The notes under the pieces were generated by a model, which saw nothing but the letters and a program-made list of their open reading frames with translations, was not told the DNA's origin and did no database searches. From Candidatus Dojkabacteria bacterium (GTDB lineage: Bacteria; Patescibacteriota; Dojkabacteria; J137): DNA of 44,728 nucleotides. Location: contig JAMQHH010000028.1 in the NCBI GenBank assembly GCA_025993875.1, forward strand, positions 1 through 44,728, in the 5' to 3' direction. Below, in pieces: positions 9,735-19,866 of this stretch. Numbering within the stretch: the stretch's first letter is position 1; the number at the start of each line of letters is the position of its first letter. A program made the position numbers and the translations under genes.

Positions 9735-10694
9735 TTATCTTTTCAGAAAGATCTCTTTTATTATTTCTTCCAAAGGAAGGGGGATAACATCTATATCGTC
9801 CACATCAAAATTTGCCGTAATGTATTTTAAAAACTCGGGAACTTTTGATTTTTGAATTTTATACATTCCTTCGCTATTTAATTCTTCCACCTTATCAAAA
9901 GAGATTTTGGAGAACTCTTTTTTGTTACTTAACGTTAATTTTATATACTTGTATTCCGAAAATCGGCTGGTTAGCTTTATAACATCTGTGTCGATAACCT
10001 TTTGCCCTTTATTTATAACGATAACTCTGTCGCATACCTTTTCTACATCGTCCATATCGTGGCTGGTTAATAAAATTGTTGTACCGTCCTTTTTTTGAAT
10101 ATGTCGTAAAAACTCCCTGATTTTTTGCTTTGAAATAATATCAAGCCCTACAGTAGGTTCGTCGAGAAAAAGAATTTTAGGGTAATGTAAAATTGAGCCA
10201 ATAAGCTCCATCTTCATCCTTTCGCCAAGAGACATTCTTCGGATTTGCGTATCTATAAATCGAGAAATATCGAGTAACTCAGTAAGCTCTTTTAGCCTTA
10301 AATTATATTTATGGTCAGAAACATTATAGATCTCTTTTAAAAGTCTAAAACTCTGCCTTGGAGTTAAATCCCAGTTAAGCCCGGACTTGTTACCCATAAC
10401 AAGACCTATCCGACTTAAAAATTCACTTTTTCTATCGCTGGGCTTAAAGCCTAACACCTGAATCTCGCCCGATGATGGATATATTAATCCAGATAACATT
10501 TTTATTGTTGTTGTTTTTCCTGCTCCATTAGGGCCCAAAAATGCCACGCTTTCACCATATTTTATGGAAAAAGATATGTCCAAAACAGCGCTTACTTCTA
10601 AAAAATTCGGCTTAAGCAGATCTTTAAAAAATCCCCGTTTTTTAAGCTTTCTAAATTTTTTGTGTAAATTTTTTACGGTTATTATTTTTTCCAT
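9735..10694 (-). CDS. ABC exporter ATP-binding subunit
   Basis: GPNGAGKTT, MSLGERMKME, LFLDEPTVGLD, LTSHDM. Likely start MEKII at 10694. Confidence 0.9.
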   Translation of the reverse strand: MEKIITVKNLHKKFRKLKKRGFFKDLLKPNFLEVSAVLDISFSIKYGESVAFLGPNGAGKTTTIKMLSGLIYPSSGEIQVLGFKPSDRKSEFLSRIGLVMGNKSGLNWDLTPRQSFRLLKEIYNVSDHKYNLRLKELTELLDISRFIDTQIRRMSLGERMKMELIGSILHYPKILFLDEPTVGLDIISKQKIREFLRHIQKKDGTTILLTSHDMDDVEKVCDRVIVINKGQKVIDTDVIKLTSRFSEYKYIKLTLSNKKEFSKISFDKVEELNSEGMYKIQKSKVPEFLKYITANFDVDDIDVIPLPLEEIIKEIFLKR

Positions 10695-10696
10695 AT

Positions 10697-11506
10697 CTAG
10701 CTGCTGGCCGAGGAATAGCTTTTTAATCCAAGCTTCCAAAGCCTATTTTTAAAAAATAAAAATAAAATTGCAATAAAAATTGAGAATAAGCACCAACCTA
10801 CACCTTCAAGTTTTCCCAGAGCAACCTCTACCGAAACACCACTCCCTATTAAAAAAGGCAATACTGTTAAAAAAACTGTTTTGAAGTTTCCCCACCCATT
10901 TAATGGAATATTTTTTACAAAATCATAATCTGTGAAAACAGCCAGATCTGTTATCCCACTACTTTCCCCGAGCCAAAATGCAAAAATTGCTGTTATAAAA
11001 AAAATCGAACTGGAAGCAATAATCCCACAAAATACAATAATAAAAGATAGTAAAAAATTGCTTATCTCAATATTCAGGGCATTCCAGTCCACCGATAAAA
11101 TTATAAAGATAAATCCAAACAGGTAATCTCTAACTACTGTTAGAATATCAATACTCCTGTAACTTAAAAAGAATAAAGCGGGAACCGGTTTTGATAACAC
11201 TAAATCTAACTTTCCGCTATTTATATCCGACGAAATAGCTCCGAGGTTTTTATAAACCAGACCTGCAAAAAGATAGAAATTAATCTGAGCAAAGAAAATA
11301 AAAAGCAGCATTTCGTTTTTTGTTAATCCGGCAACTTCGTTTGTGTTAGTGTAAATAACAGAATTGGCAAGTATTGCAGTTAAAATGTAAACGGTACCCG
11401 AAACAATGTTTCCCCAGTTGTTAAAAAGATATGCGGTATCTTTTTGCCAGGTGTTTACAATTGCCAGTTTTATTAAATTGTATCTTGTGGAAAAATATTT
11501 TTTCAT
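10697..11506 (-). CDS. ABC-2 family permease (DUF990-like)
   Basis: About six TM helices, INSGKLDLVLSKPV motif, adjacent to the ATPase. Confidence 0.8.
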   Translation of the reverse strand: MKKYFSTRYNLIKLAIVNTWQKDTAYLFNNWGNIVSGTVYILTAILANSVIYTNTNEVAGLTKNEMLLFIFFAQINFYLFAGLVYKNLGAISSDINSGKLDLVLSKPVPALFFLSYRSIDILTVVRDYLFGFIFIILSVDWNALNIEISNFLLSFIIVFCGIIASSSIFFITAIFAFWLGESSGITDLAVFTDYDFVKNIPLNGWGNFKTVFLTVLPFLIGSGVSVEVALGKLEGVGWCLFSIFIAILFLFFKNRLWKLGLKSYSSASS

Positions 11507-12267
11507 ATTCCTGCCGATTCAAACTTTCTAAAAGAGTAAATCCAAAATTTGTAAATAACAATATTAAGTGTAATTGCCCAAAAAACTGCAACAGCGAGTG
11601 ATTTAGCAAAATCAAAACTACCTATTGCTGTTATGGAATTTACCGGAGAATAAATCATTGTACCAAAGGGTAAAAGTTCAACAATATTTTTAAGCTGTCC
11701 TGGGAAAAACGTTAGCGGAATTAATGCGCCCGATAAAATACGCGTTGTATGGTTTATTGCATTTTTTATTCCCGAAACCTCCGTAAATATCAAAGATAAC
11801 GCCCCCTCAAATAGATTAAACGCGAACGAGATTGCTCCCGCTAACCCCATAAAAATTAGAAATACAGGCAGTTTTTCTAAAGTCAGTTTTAGGTTAAATA
11901 TTCCCATAACTATGCAAAATATACTAAACAGGTAGACCGGCAATGTATCGCCAATTGTTTTAAGGTATAAATAACCAACAACAGAAACCGGTTTTATAAT
12001 AATATTGGAGATCTCACCTGTAGTTACTGACTTTCGTATAGTCCTTCCCAGTTTTGTATTTGTAACAAAGAGTATTTCCCCAATACCCGAAGAAATTAAA
12101 AAATAAGCCAAAAGCTCAGTTGCTTTTTCTCCTTTTAAAATAAGATTCCAAAAAACCAAGACAAAGACAATTCCTAAAACCTTTACTAGAATTTTAGCTA
12201 CTCCTTCCAAAGGGTATCGAAATACTCTTAGAGTATAGTAAACCAGTACGGTTAAGTATTTGTTCAT
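11503..12267 (-). CDS. ABC-2 family permease (DUF990-like)
   Basis: VTTGEISNIIIKPVS, LSGALIPLTFFP, LLPF motifs; 4-nt overlap with the next permease. Confidence 0.8.
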   Translation of the reverse strand: MNKYLTVLVYYTLRVFRYPLEGVAKILVKVLGIVFVLVFWNLILKGEKATELLAYFLISSGIGEILFVTNTKLGRTIRKSVTTGEISNIIIKPVSVVGYLYLKTIGDTLPVYLFSIFCIVMGIFNLKLTLEKLPVFLIFMGLAGAISFAFNLFEGALSLIFTEVSGIKNAINHTTRILSGALIPLTFFPGQLKNIVELLPFGTMIYSPVNSITAIGSFDFAKSLAVAVFWAITLNIVIYKFWIYSFRKFESAGI

Positions 12268-12403
12268 ATAATTGAGGAAAATGCTAGCAATATTATCACA
12301 ATGTAGCTTTTACAGTAGTTAGTATTGCCTAACTAATTTCAACTCTCTATTATAAAAATGCAAATTACAATATAATCTAGCATATCAATTACAAAATTCC
12401 ATT

Positions 12404-13078
12404 TTGGATAACCTAAAAGTAATTTTTGAAGATAATAAAATATTAGTTGTAGAAAAACCTTCTGGAATTCCTGTGCAATCGGATTCTTCGGCTGTTCTTG
12501 ATTTAACAGCCATCTGTAAATCATATATAAAAGAAAAATATAATAAACCCGGCAATGTATTTTTAGGTCTTGTTCACAGGTTAGACAGGCCGGTAGGTGG
12601 AATAATGGTTTTTGCCAAAAACTCCAAAAGTGCAGCCAGGCTTAGTGAATTAATAAGGTTAAGAAAAGTCAAAAAAGAATATTTGGTTGTTTTGGAGGGA
12701 AACTTAAAGCAAAAAGAAAAAAAACTTGTAAACTATCTTCTTAAAGATACAAAAACAAATAAAGTTAGGGTTTTTAACAAAGCGGAAAATGGGACAAAGT
12801 ATTGCGAACTGAAATATAAAACATTGGAATACAACGAGAAAGAAAATTTAACACTGGCAGAGGTTAAATTAATAACCGGAAGACCTCATCAAATTAGGGC
12901 ACAGTTTTCGAATATTAAAAACCCAATTTGGGGAGATGTAAAATACGGAAGTAAAAATAAATCGTTTGATATTGCGCTGTGGGCTTACAAGCTGGAACTT
13001 CCTATTAATAAATATCCGGTTTTTACATCAATGCCCGATCAAAAAATTTACCCTTGGTGTGTGTTTTGTAAGTATTGA
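12404..13078 (+). CDS. RluA/RluD family pseudouridine synthase
   Basis: VEKPSG, HRLDRPVGG (catalytic Asp), ITGRPHQIRAQ, PIWGDVKYG; TTG start. Confidence 0.92.
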   Translation: MDNLKVIFEDNKILVVEKPSGIPVQSDSSAVLDLTAICKSYIKEKYNKPGNVFLGLVHRLDRPVGGIMVFAKNSKSAARLSELIRLRKVKKEYLVVLEGNLKQKEKKLVNYLLKDTKTNKVRVFNKAENGTKYCELKYKTLEYNEKENLTLAEVKLITGRPHQIRAQFSNIKNPIWGDVKYGSKNKSFDIALWAYKLELPINKYPVFTSMPDQKIYPWCVFCKY

Positions 13079-14451
13079 GGCGTTTCACTTTTTTTCTTTT
13101 CAAGTAAAAATGAGATGGAGAATAATCCAAAAACCATAACCGAGTAAACAAATCTAAAGTCTGGTCCAACTCCACCGATTGCAAGAGGTACAAGGTTAAC
13201 TAGAGCAAAAAACACAAATACAGTAACCTTTTTTTCTCTTTTTAAAATTACAATCAAAAACAGTAATCCTATATATATTGGGATATTCCAAAATAAATTA
13301 TATGTGTATCGATTTTGTGAAGTTGACGTAACATATTTAGATAGGGTTTCTGTTAAAAAATTGTTGGTACTCGGAGGTAAGTTGTTCTTTTCAACATAAT
13401 CTGGATCGTTACTAAAGACTGAATATAAAAATCTGCTTTCTACACTTCGGCTAAATCCAAATAAATTATAAGCCATGCACAACCTGTTAGCTAGAACCTG
13501 CTTAATATTTTTAATTATAATGCCAATAGAAGTTTTGTAAAACTCGTCCATGTAACTATCGTTATTAAGTATACTGTAGTTATAATAATCTGGATTATTG
13601 TAAACAAGATTGTTAGAGGTAATACAAGTGTATTTTTCCTTTAGATTAGAGATTGGAACTAACCTCTCAATAACTACTTTTTCTTCTTCCAGAGGCGTGT
13701 ACCCGCCGTTGAATGCTGCTGCAACCATATGGATAAGCACAGATGCATTTATAAAGTTTTGTTTTTGAACATGCAGCATTCCAAACAGTATATTGTTAAA
13801 AAACAGGAACAAGCATAAACAGCAGATCAGTAAGATTGCGGATTTTTTAAAGGTGTAAATTTTTAAAAAGTAATATGCAGCTGGAATAATCAAAATAAAA
13901 ATTATGCCGTTGTGTCTTAACAATGAGGTAGTTGTGAAAATGACTACCGCAAAGAACAAGTTGATAAAATCAAATCTACTGCCTTTAAAACCTTCTAAAT
14001 GTACCCTTTTTAATATATTGTTTAAAAAAATTACTATAACTAAAAATATCATGTTGGTGTATGCAATATCTTTCCAGAGAGTTATGTTGTAAAGACCTAC
14101 ACTCGGCATTAATGTATAAATTAAAAAAATTCCAATTAACGGTGCCTTTCTATAGTTATTCTTTATTAATGTATTAACAAAAAATGCAGGGATGCAAGTG
14201 GCAAGTAAGATTTGAAGGAATGCAACGGCAGCAGGTGAATATATAACTCTTTGAATAAGCGCAATAATTAATGTGTGAATGTACGGATGATGGTTACTAA
14301 AAGAAAAAGATTTTGCCTGGCTCCATTGATCTAAGGAATCTGGGGTCATTAAACCGGGATAAAAAGCCAAAAGCCATATAGAAAAAACAACTATTCCTGT
14401 AATAGACAAAATAAACCAATACCTGTTTCTGCTAATAAACTCTGCTATCAT
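13048..14451 (-). CDS. Polytopic membrane protein, GT-C-like/DUF6020-like (GtrC role)
   Basis: YPGLMTPDSLDQW, NHHPYIHT, LWKD, LLRHNG, many TM helices; downstream of gtrA- and gtrB-like genes. Confidence 0.7.
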   Translation of the reverse strand: MIAEFISRNRYWFILSITGIVVFSIWLLAFYPGLMTPDSLDQWSQAKSFSFSNHHPYIHTLIIALIQRVIYSPAAVAFLQILLATCIPAFFVNTLIKNNYRKAPLIGIFLIYTLMPSVGLYNITLWKDIAYTNMIFLVIVIFLNNILKRVHLEGFKGSRFDFINLFFAVVIFTTTSLLRHNGIIFILIIPAAYYFLKIYTFKKSAILLICCLCLFLFFNNILFGMLHVQKQNFINASVLIHMVAAAFNGGYTPLEEEKVVIERLVPISNLKEKYTCITSNNLVYNNPDYYNYSILNNDSYMDEFYKTSIGIIIKNIKQVLANRLCMAYNLFGFSRSVESRFLYSVFSNDPDYVEKNNLPPSTNNFLTETLSKYVTSTSQNRYTYNLFWNIPIYIGLLFLIVILKREKKVTVFVFFALVNLVPLAIGGVGPDFRFVYSVMVFGLFSISFLLEKKKSETPQYLQNTHQG

Positions 14452-14496
14452 ATGAATTAGTTTTTAGTGGTTACTTTGTAGAAAAATTGACTAAAT

Positions 14497-15240
14497 TTAT
14501 CGGTTAGAACCTAAATTAAATTTTAATATTTCTTTTAGTGCCTGTATTCCATCTCTAAAAGCGTGTAAATGTTTTCCTTCTGCCAGGGTTCTGGGATAAT
14601 AACTTATTGGAACTATGCCAAATTTTAAGTGTTTACCTGCTGATTTATATCTAGATAATTTAGCCGTAATTTCCGGTTCTAACCCGAATCTGCTTTTAGA
14701 AACTATCTTTGCGGCAATTTCTCGAACAATATTTCCTTTTACGAGTTTGTAACAAACCTCCATATCGGGAATCCAAACCTTAATTCTCGGGTAGGTGAAA
14801 AAATTAGAAAGTAACGACAATACTTTATTGCCTATATAATTTTTAATATAAATCACTTTGTTATTTTTGCCAAATCTGTTACCGTAAACTACGTCCAGAT
14901 TTTTGCTATTCATTAAAGTAAGCAAGTCCGCGATTTCGGCAGGTTCGTATTCGAAATCTGCATCCTGAATTATTACCACATCACCTGTACTCTTTAAAAT
15001 TCCCTCGCGGACAGATTGAGATTTCCCTAAATTTTTTTTGTTCGAATAAGCAAAAACAAAATTATATGTAGACGCTAAATTGTTGATAATCTCCCCTGTC
15101 TTATCGCGAGAGGCATCGTTTATAATAATTATCTCTTTACTTGTTATAAATGGGAAAGAAACAGCGATTACTTTTTCTACTAATTTTCTGACTGTTTTTT
15201 CTTCATTATACGCCGGAATAATTATAGAGAGTTTTTCCAT
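14497..15240 (-). CDS. GT2 polyprenol-phosphate glycosyltransferase (DPM1/GtrB-like)
   Basis: LSIIIPAYNEE, INDASRD, NLGK, IQDADFEY, VYGNRF, DMEVCYK. Confidence 0.88.
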   Translation of the reverse strand: MEKLSIIIPAYNEEKTVRKLVEKVIAVSFPFITSKEIIIINDASRDKTGEIINNLASTYNFVFAYSNKKNLGKSQSVREGILKSTGDVVIIQDADFEYEPAEIADLLTLMNSKNLDVVYGNRFGKNNKVIYIKNYIGNKVLSLLSNFFTYPRIKVWIPDMEVCYKLVKGNIVREIAAKIVSKSRFGLEPEITAKLSRYKSAGKHLKFGIVPISYYPRTLAEGKHLHAFRDGIQALKEILKFNLGSNR

Positions 15241-15247
15241 AGTAGTC

Positions 15248-15679
15248 TTATCTAACTTGTTTAAATACTAAGAATTTGTAAAATAAAAAACTTGAGCACA
15301 TTTGAAACGTTGTTGAAATTATTTTACTAAAAAAAATTGGTAAGTTAAGCTTGATTAAAAACCCAAATACTAAACCGCCAAACATCAAAATATTAAAAAT
15401 GCTTACAGCAAAAAACAACGGGAGCTGTTTTTTTTGATTTTTTGTATTATCTTTGAATGTAAGAAATTTTTGGAAATAAAAGGAATAGACTAAGGCTATT
15501 GTAGTCGAGATAATATTAGGCACAAAAATTATATTAAATAACTCAGCTCTAAAATTAAGAATTGCTGTTTGAAAAGTAAGAATTGCTAGATCCAGTACAA
15601 AAGCAGATATTCCACCTACAAAAAACATTATAATTTCGCGCGTAAAAAGCAAAGTAACTATTTTCTTAACAATTGTCAT
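15248..15679 (-). CDS. GtrA family flippase
   Basis: 143 aa, ~4 TM, FFVGG, FQKFLTF and YKFLVFK motifs. Confidence 0.8.
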   Translation of the reverse strand: MTIVKKIVTLLFTREIIMFFVGGISAFVLDLAILTFQTAILNFRAELFNIIFVPNIISTTIALVYSFYFQKFLTFKDNTKNQKKQLPLFFAVSIFNILMFGGLVFGFLIKLNLPIFFSKIISTTFQMCSSFLFYKFLVFKQVR

Positions 15680-15714
15680 ATCGTCGTCTATCTATAATGA
15701 GTAAGCAAGGTATT

Positions 15715-17076
15715 TTACCGGTGGTTTATTATTTTTTTCACTTCTGTAATAAATCTCTCTTTAGATGCCTGGTCTCCAAATTTTGTTATTAAGTCCTTCA
15801 TTATAGAATAATTATCCCATTTTTTTAACTTAAACTCGTACAATGTTTTTACATAATTATCTATATCTGTTTCGCTTAGCTTTTTAAAAGGAGGGTTCAT
15901 TTGGTGAAATGGGTTAAAGTTAATTTTTTGAATATCGACAAGCATACCATTCGAGTTATTAATAAATTCGTGCAAGGCACCAACATTTGTGGAAATAATA
16001 GGAACACCATAAGATAATGCCTCTAGTGCCGTTAGGGGAACACCTTCCACGAACGAGCTAAATGCTAAGCAATTTATTTTTTCAAAAAAATTTTCGGGTT
16101 TTATCTTTTCATTTTTACCTACAACTCCTAAGTATTCAATTTGTTTATTTTCTCTAATTTTATTAAAAAATTCGTCGGCATACTCTTTAGTATGGTTAAA
16201 TACCGGTCCTGCAATAACAAGCCTGCTTTCGGGGTACTTTTTATTAAACCGGTTAAAAATTTCTATTAAGCTAAGTATATTTTTCTCGGGACTTATTCTT
16301 CCTAAATAGCCAATTGTAAAGGCATTGTCCTTTTTAGGAATTTTATATTCCAGATTGTTATTACCATTAAGATATGGATTGTATAAAATGGATGTTTTTT
16401 CTATAGGATACCAGGTGATTTTTTCAAAAAACTTCTTTCTTACAAATTCGCTGATAAAAAAGATATGATCTATATATTCAATATCAAAAAAAGTTTCGAA
16501 AGTTTCAAGCCAGCCTGACAGGTGTTCGTGAATAATAAAACTTATTTTGCAGTTAGGGTTAGCTCTTTTAATTAAGCTAACATTAGGTAAAGTTTGAGCA
16601 AAATATATATATTTGTATCTTAACAAAAAATAGCTTAACACTTTGTGGCCAAAAACTTTAAAGTTCTTTCTTAGCTCCTGTGCTACCGGACCGGTTGCAT
16701 GCTGAAAAAACATATGGCTTTTAAAATAGCCTTGTGTATATTCGATATGCTTTTGGGTTACCATCTCGGTACCTCCCATAAGCCCCATATTTAATGCAAA
16801 AGCTATTTTTGTGGGTGGAAAAAGCCTGTTAATAATTCTGTATACAAATGGAACAATATTATATTTAACAGGATTTAGTGTAAAATCAATAAAAAATCTA
16901 AGAAATCTTTTCAGGAACATAAAAAAATTACCGCCTGTTAATACAAAATTTAGCAGATATTCAAATCTTACAAACATATTGGATTGCAGTTTGCTTAGCT
17001 CTCTTAGCAAATTTAATTTATCAATTTTTAGATTATGAATTTCTTTTTTTAAATCATTAACTGTATTGCTATCCAT
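15715..17076 (-). CDS. GT4 glycosyltransferase with N-terminal coiled coil
   Basis: GGTE, YLGRISPEKN, EGVPLTALEALSYGVPIISTNVG. Confidence 0.9.
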   Translation of the reverse strand: MDSNTVNDLKKEIHNLKIDKLNLLRELSKLQSNMFVRFEYLLNFVLTGGNFFMFLKRFLRFFIDFTLNPVKYNIVPFVYRIINRLFPPTKIAFALNMGLMGGTEMVTQKHIEYTQGYFKSHMFFQHATGPVAQELRKNFKVFGHKVLSYFLLRYKYIYFAQTLPNVSLIKRANPNCKISFIIHEHLSGWLETFETFFDIEYIDHIFFISEFVRKKFFEKITWYPIEKTSILYNPYLNGNNNLEYKIPKKDNAFTIGYLGRISPEKNILSLIEIFNRFNKKYPESRLVIAGPVFNHTKEYADEFFNKIRENKQIEYLGVVGKNEKIKPENFFEKINCLAFSSFVEGVPLTALEALSYGVPIISTNVGALHEFINNSNGMLVDIQKINFNPFHQMNPPFKKLSETDIDNYVKTLYEFKLKKWDNYSIMKDLITKFGDQASKERFITEVKKIINHR

Positions 17077-17105
17077 TTTTATACCTTAATATAATTACTC
17101 TATAA

Positions 17106-18026
17106 TCATCTTATCAGTTTATTTTTAAACCTGTTAATTTTAATTAATAGTTTTATAAACCAGATATTTTTTAATTGATTTAATTTGTTTTTCAGCTTAA
17201 TATTTTCGTCTTCAAGCTTAGCATGTAATTCGGTAAGTGTTTTTACCTCACCCGACTTAACTAAAAAGCTATGATACAATATGGAATAATTTTTTTGTGC
17301 GGAGATAATAACGTTTTCTATGTTTTTTACATAAGTATCTTTATGTTTTGAAATTAGTAGCGAAAATAGTTCAAAATATTTTTTTGTGCTTTGAGACACC
17401 ATAGAACCACTTCTAACTCTGTATTCAAAAAGAGGCTCTTTTATAACTTTCCATGTATACCCTGCCTCCGCTATAGATATCCACAAATTCCAGTCCATAT
17501 ATCCAAAAAAGTCGGAATCATACCCATTTACTTTTTCAAATGCTTCTTTTCGTATCAACGAGGAGGTATGAATAGTATTTTGGATTAATAAAAAATTTAA
17601 ATCCGGGTCAGGTAATTCAATAAGCTGGTCGCTGTTACCAAAATGTTTGTAAAAACTTGTTACAAAGCCAATTTTCTTTGCAGTATCTTTATTAAGTTCT
17701 GCAACTGTTTTTTGTAAGAAATCATTTCGCAGCCTATCATCTGCATCTAAAAAACAGATATAATCATAACTTGCTTGCTTACTACCAAAATTTCTGGCTT
17801 TTACAACACCTTCATTTTTTCTGGAGAACACGTGGACTCTTTTATCGCCATTCTTCCGGTAAAATTCAGCTCTTTCTTTGGATTTCTCTTCAGTAGATCC
17901 ATCATTAATAATTATTAATTCCCAATTTTGGTATGTTTGATTAAAAACCGATTGAATTGCTTCGTCAATATAATCTCCTAAATTGTAAAGAGTTACCACA
18001 ATTAACACTTTAGCTGGTTTTTTCAT
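17106..18026 (-). CDS. GT2 glycosyltransferase with C-terminal coiled coil
   Basis: INDGSTE, NEGVVKARN, FLDADD, GYMDWNLW; heptad-like tail. Confidence 0.9.
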   Translation of the reverse strand: MKKPAKVLIVVTLYNLGDYIDEAIQSVFNQTYQNWELIIINDGSTEEKSKERAEFYRKNGDKRVHVFSRKNEGVVKARNFGSKQASYDYICFLDADDRLRNDFLQKTVAELNKDTAKKIGFVTSFYKHFGNSDQLIELPDPDLNFLLIQNTIHTSSLIRKEAFEKVNGYDSDFFGYMDWNLWISIAEAGYTWKVIKEPLFEYRVRSGSMVSQSTKKYFELFSLLISKHKDTYVKNIENVIISAQKNYSILYHSFLVKSGEVKTLTELHAKLEDENIKLKNKLNQLKNIWFIKLLIKINRFKNKLIR

Positions 18027-18128
18027 TGTATTAATTAGTATAAATAATTTAGTGACCTTGCATTTGTAAAAATATTTTTGTTACCTAAACATTATAACTC
18101 ACTTTTCGGCGGAAACTCCTAATATAGG

Positions 18129-19136
18129 CTAAGTCAAGGTAGTTTTTAGAAAATGGCTTTTTTGGAGACTATTGAAAACATCAACATACTGCTGCCCACA
18201 ATCCTCAAATGAAAACAAATGGCAATTGTTTACCGCATTAGTTTTAAACTCCTGAAATTTATTTATGCATAATTCAATTTTTTCTTTCAACTTTTTATAA
18301 TTAAAATCATCGTGCTTTTGAAAAATTTCATCCGATACATATGCTAATAATTCTTTGTTAAATCCTACTAATTCCGGCATAGATCCGGAGTTAAAGCTTA
18401 CAACCGGTAGACCACTGGATACAGCTTCGATTACAGAATTTGGGCAAGGAGGATTAAGAAAAGAAAATAAAAAAATATCGCATGTGTTTAAAATTTCTCC
18501 AACCTCTTTTAGTTCCCTCGAACCATGATAAATAACATAATCTTTGTTTAGCATAGCTTTAAGATTTTGCTGCACCGGGCCAACTATGTTTAATTCAAAG
18601 GTATACTTTTCTTTCAACTCATCTAAAGCTAAAACCAAAGGCTCTAGCATCTCTCTTCTTCTAAAATTACCGGTTGTTACAAATTTTATTTTGTGACCTA
18701 ACTGTGTTTTGTTTATATTAGGAAAAAATATTGACTTATCAACCCCATTTACAATAAGTGTGTATTTATTTTTTAAAATATTGCCTAGTTTTTCAAAACA
18801 TTGCTTTTTGCTGTATTCACTTTGAAAGATAACAAAATCCGCATATCTTAGGTAAATCTCTTTTATCTTTTGGTTAAAATCTAACTGTTCCGGAGTGTGT
18901 TCCGGCTCGTAGTATATACCGTCTAGCCTTTGAATAATTTTTCCTCCCCTCTCTTTAATTCTTCTTAATATTTCAGTGTTGTATTCAACAGGAAAAAAAA
19001 TATGTTTTGCATCTTTTGAATCTTCGGTGTAAACAAATCCCGACTTATCCAGATAGTTTTTAAGATTATGCATAAAGCTGGAAACACCTCCAACACTTTT
19101 ATAATCATTAAACGGTATAAAGAATTCTTTTATCAT
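18129..19136 (-). CDS. GT4 glycosyltransferase
   Basis: GGVSSF, QRLDG, IVNGVD, PCPNSVIEAVSSGLPVV. Start at 19136 gives an ATGA overlap with the upstream gene. Confidence 0.88.
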   Translation of the reverse strand: MIKEFFIPFNDYKSVGGVSSFMHNLKNYLDKSGFVYTEDSKDAKHIFFPVEYNTEILRRIKERGGKIIQRLDGIYYEPEHTPEQLDFNQKIKEIYLRYADFVIFQSEYSKKQCFEKLGNILKNKYTLIVNGVDKSIFFPNINKTQLGHKIKFVTTGNFRRREMLEPLVLALDELKEKYTFELNIVGPVQQNLKAMLNKDYVIYHGSRELKEVGEILNTCDIFLFSFLNPPCPNSVIEAVSSGLPVVSFNSGSMPELVGFNKELLAYVSDEIFQKHDDFNYKKLKEKIELCINKFQEFKTNAVNNCHLFSFEDCGQQYVDVFNSLQKSHFLKTTLT

Positions 19137-19849
19137 ATACGAGTACTGTTTTTTTGCAAAAGAAACCAAAGAGTACCTTCGTAAAGGTCGCTAAAATTAA
19201 CACCTTCTCTAAAAAGTATTTTCCGGGCAATTTGTTTTAACATTCTGCGAAGTCTGTCTTTTAACTTATTTCCTTCCGGCAATCCTTTACTTTTTTCGTT
19301 TATAACATACGTATCAATAATATAATAATCGTTTTTCTTTGAACGATATTCTATAAAATTTCGAGCTTCAGTTGCGGAAAAAAACCATTTATGTCTATCC
19401 TCGGCTCGTTCTAAGGGTAAGCCGTAAAACTTTATATTTGTGTCGTTATTATATGGTTTACTTTCCATATATTCCCAAAAGCTTCTCCATGGGTTAGGTA
19501 AAGAAATTAAAACATATTTCCCAGATATTTTACAAAGTTTATCGAAAATAGTATGGATGTTTTCAATATGCTCTAATACATCAAGACACATAACCAGATC
19601 GAAAGAACCGTCTTTGAAAGGGAGCTCATCATGCTCCAGGTCAATTTTTAATTGTCCGGGGTGGTCTCCAAGCCCAGTGGCAAGATATTCGGTTACTGTT
19701 TTGGGTAAATATTTTTTTAAGTATAGTTGATCTGCACCAACATCTAAAATTTTTCCCTCCAAAAACTCCATATACTTTTCGGATACAAAACGGTGCTTAT
19801 CTTCTCTGTTTATATAAACATTAGAGTTTCTAACGGATTTTGTTTTCAT
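19133..19849 (-). CDS. Class I SAM-dependent methyltransferase (Methyltransf_11-like)
   Basis: ILDVGAD, LPFKDGSFDLVMCLDVLEH, ISLPN. Confidence 0.85.
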   Translation of the reverse strand: MKTKSVRNSNVYINREDKHRFVSEKYMEFLEGKILDVGADQLYLKKYLPKTVTEYLATGLGDHPGQLKIDLEHDELPFKDGSFDLVMCLDVLEHIENIHTIFDKLCKISGKYVLISLPNPWRSFWEYMESKPYNNDTNIKFYGLPLERAEDRHKWFFSATEARNFIEYRSKKNDYYIIDTYVINEKSKGLPEGNKLKDRLRRMLKQIARKILFREGVNFSDLYEGTLWFLLQKNSTRI

Positions 19850-19866
19850 ATTTTTAAAAAGTAAAA

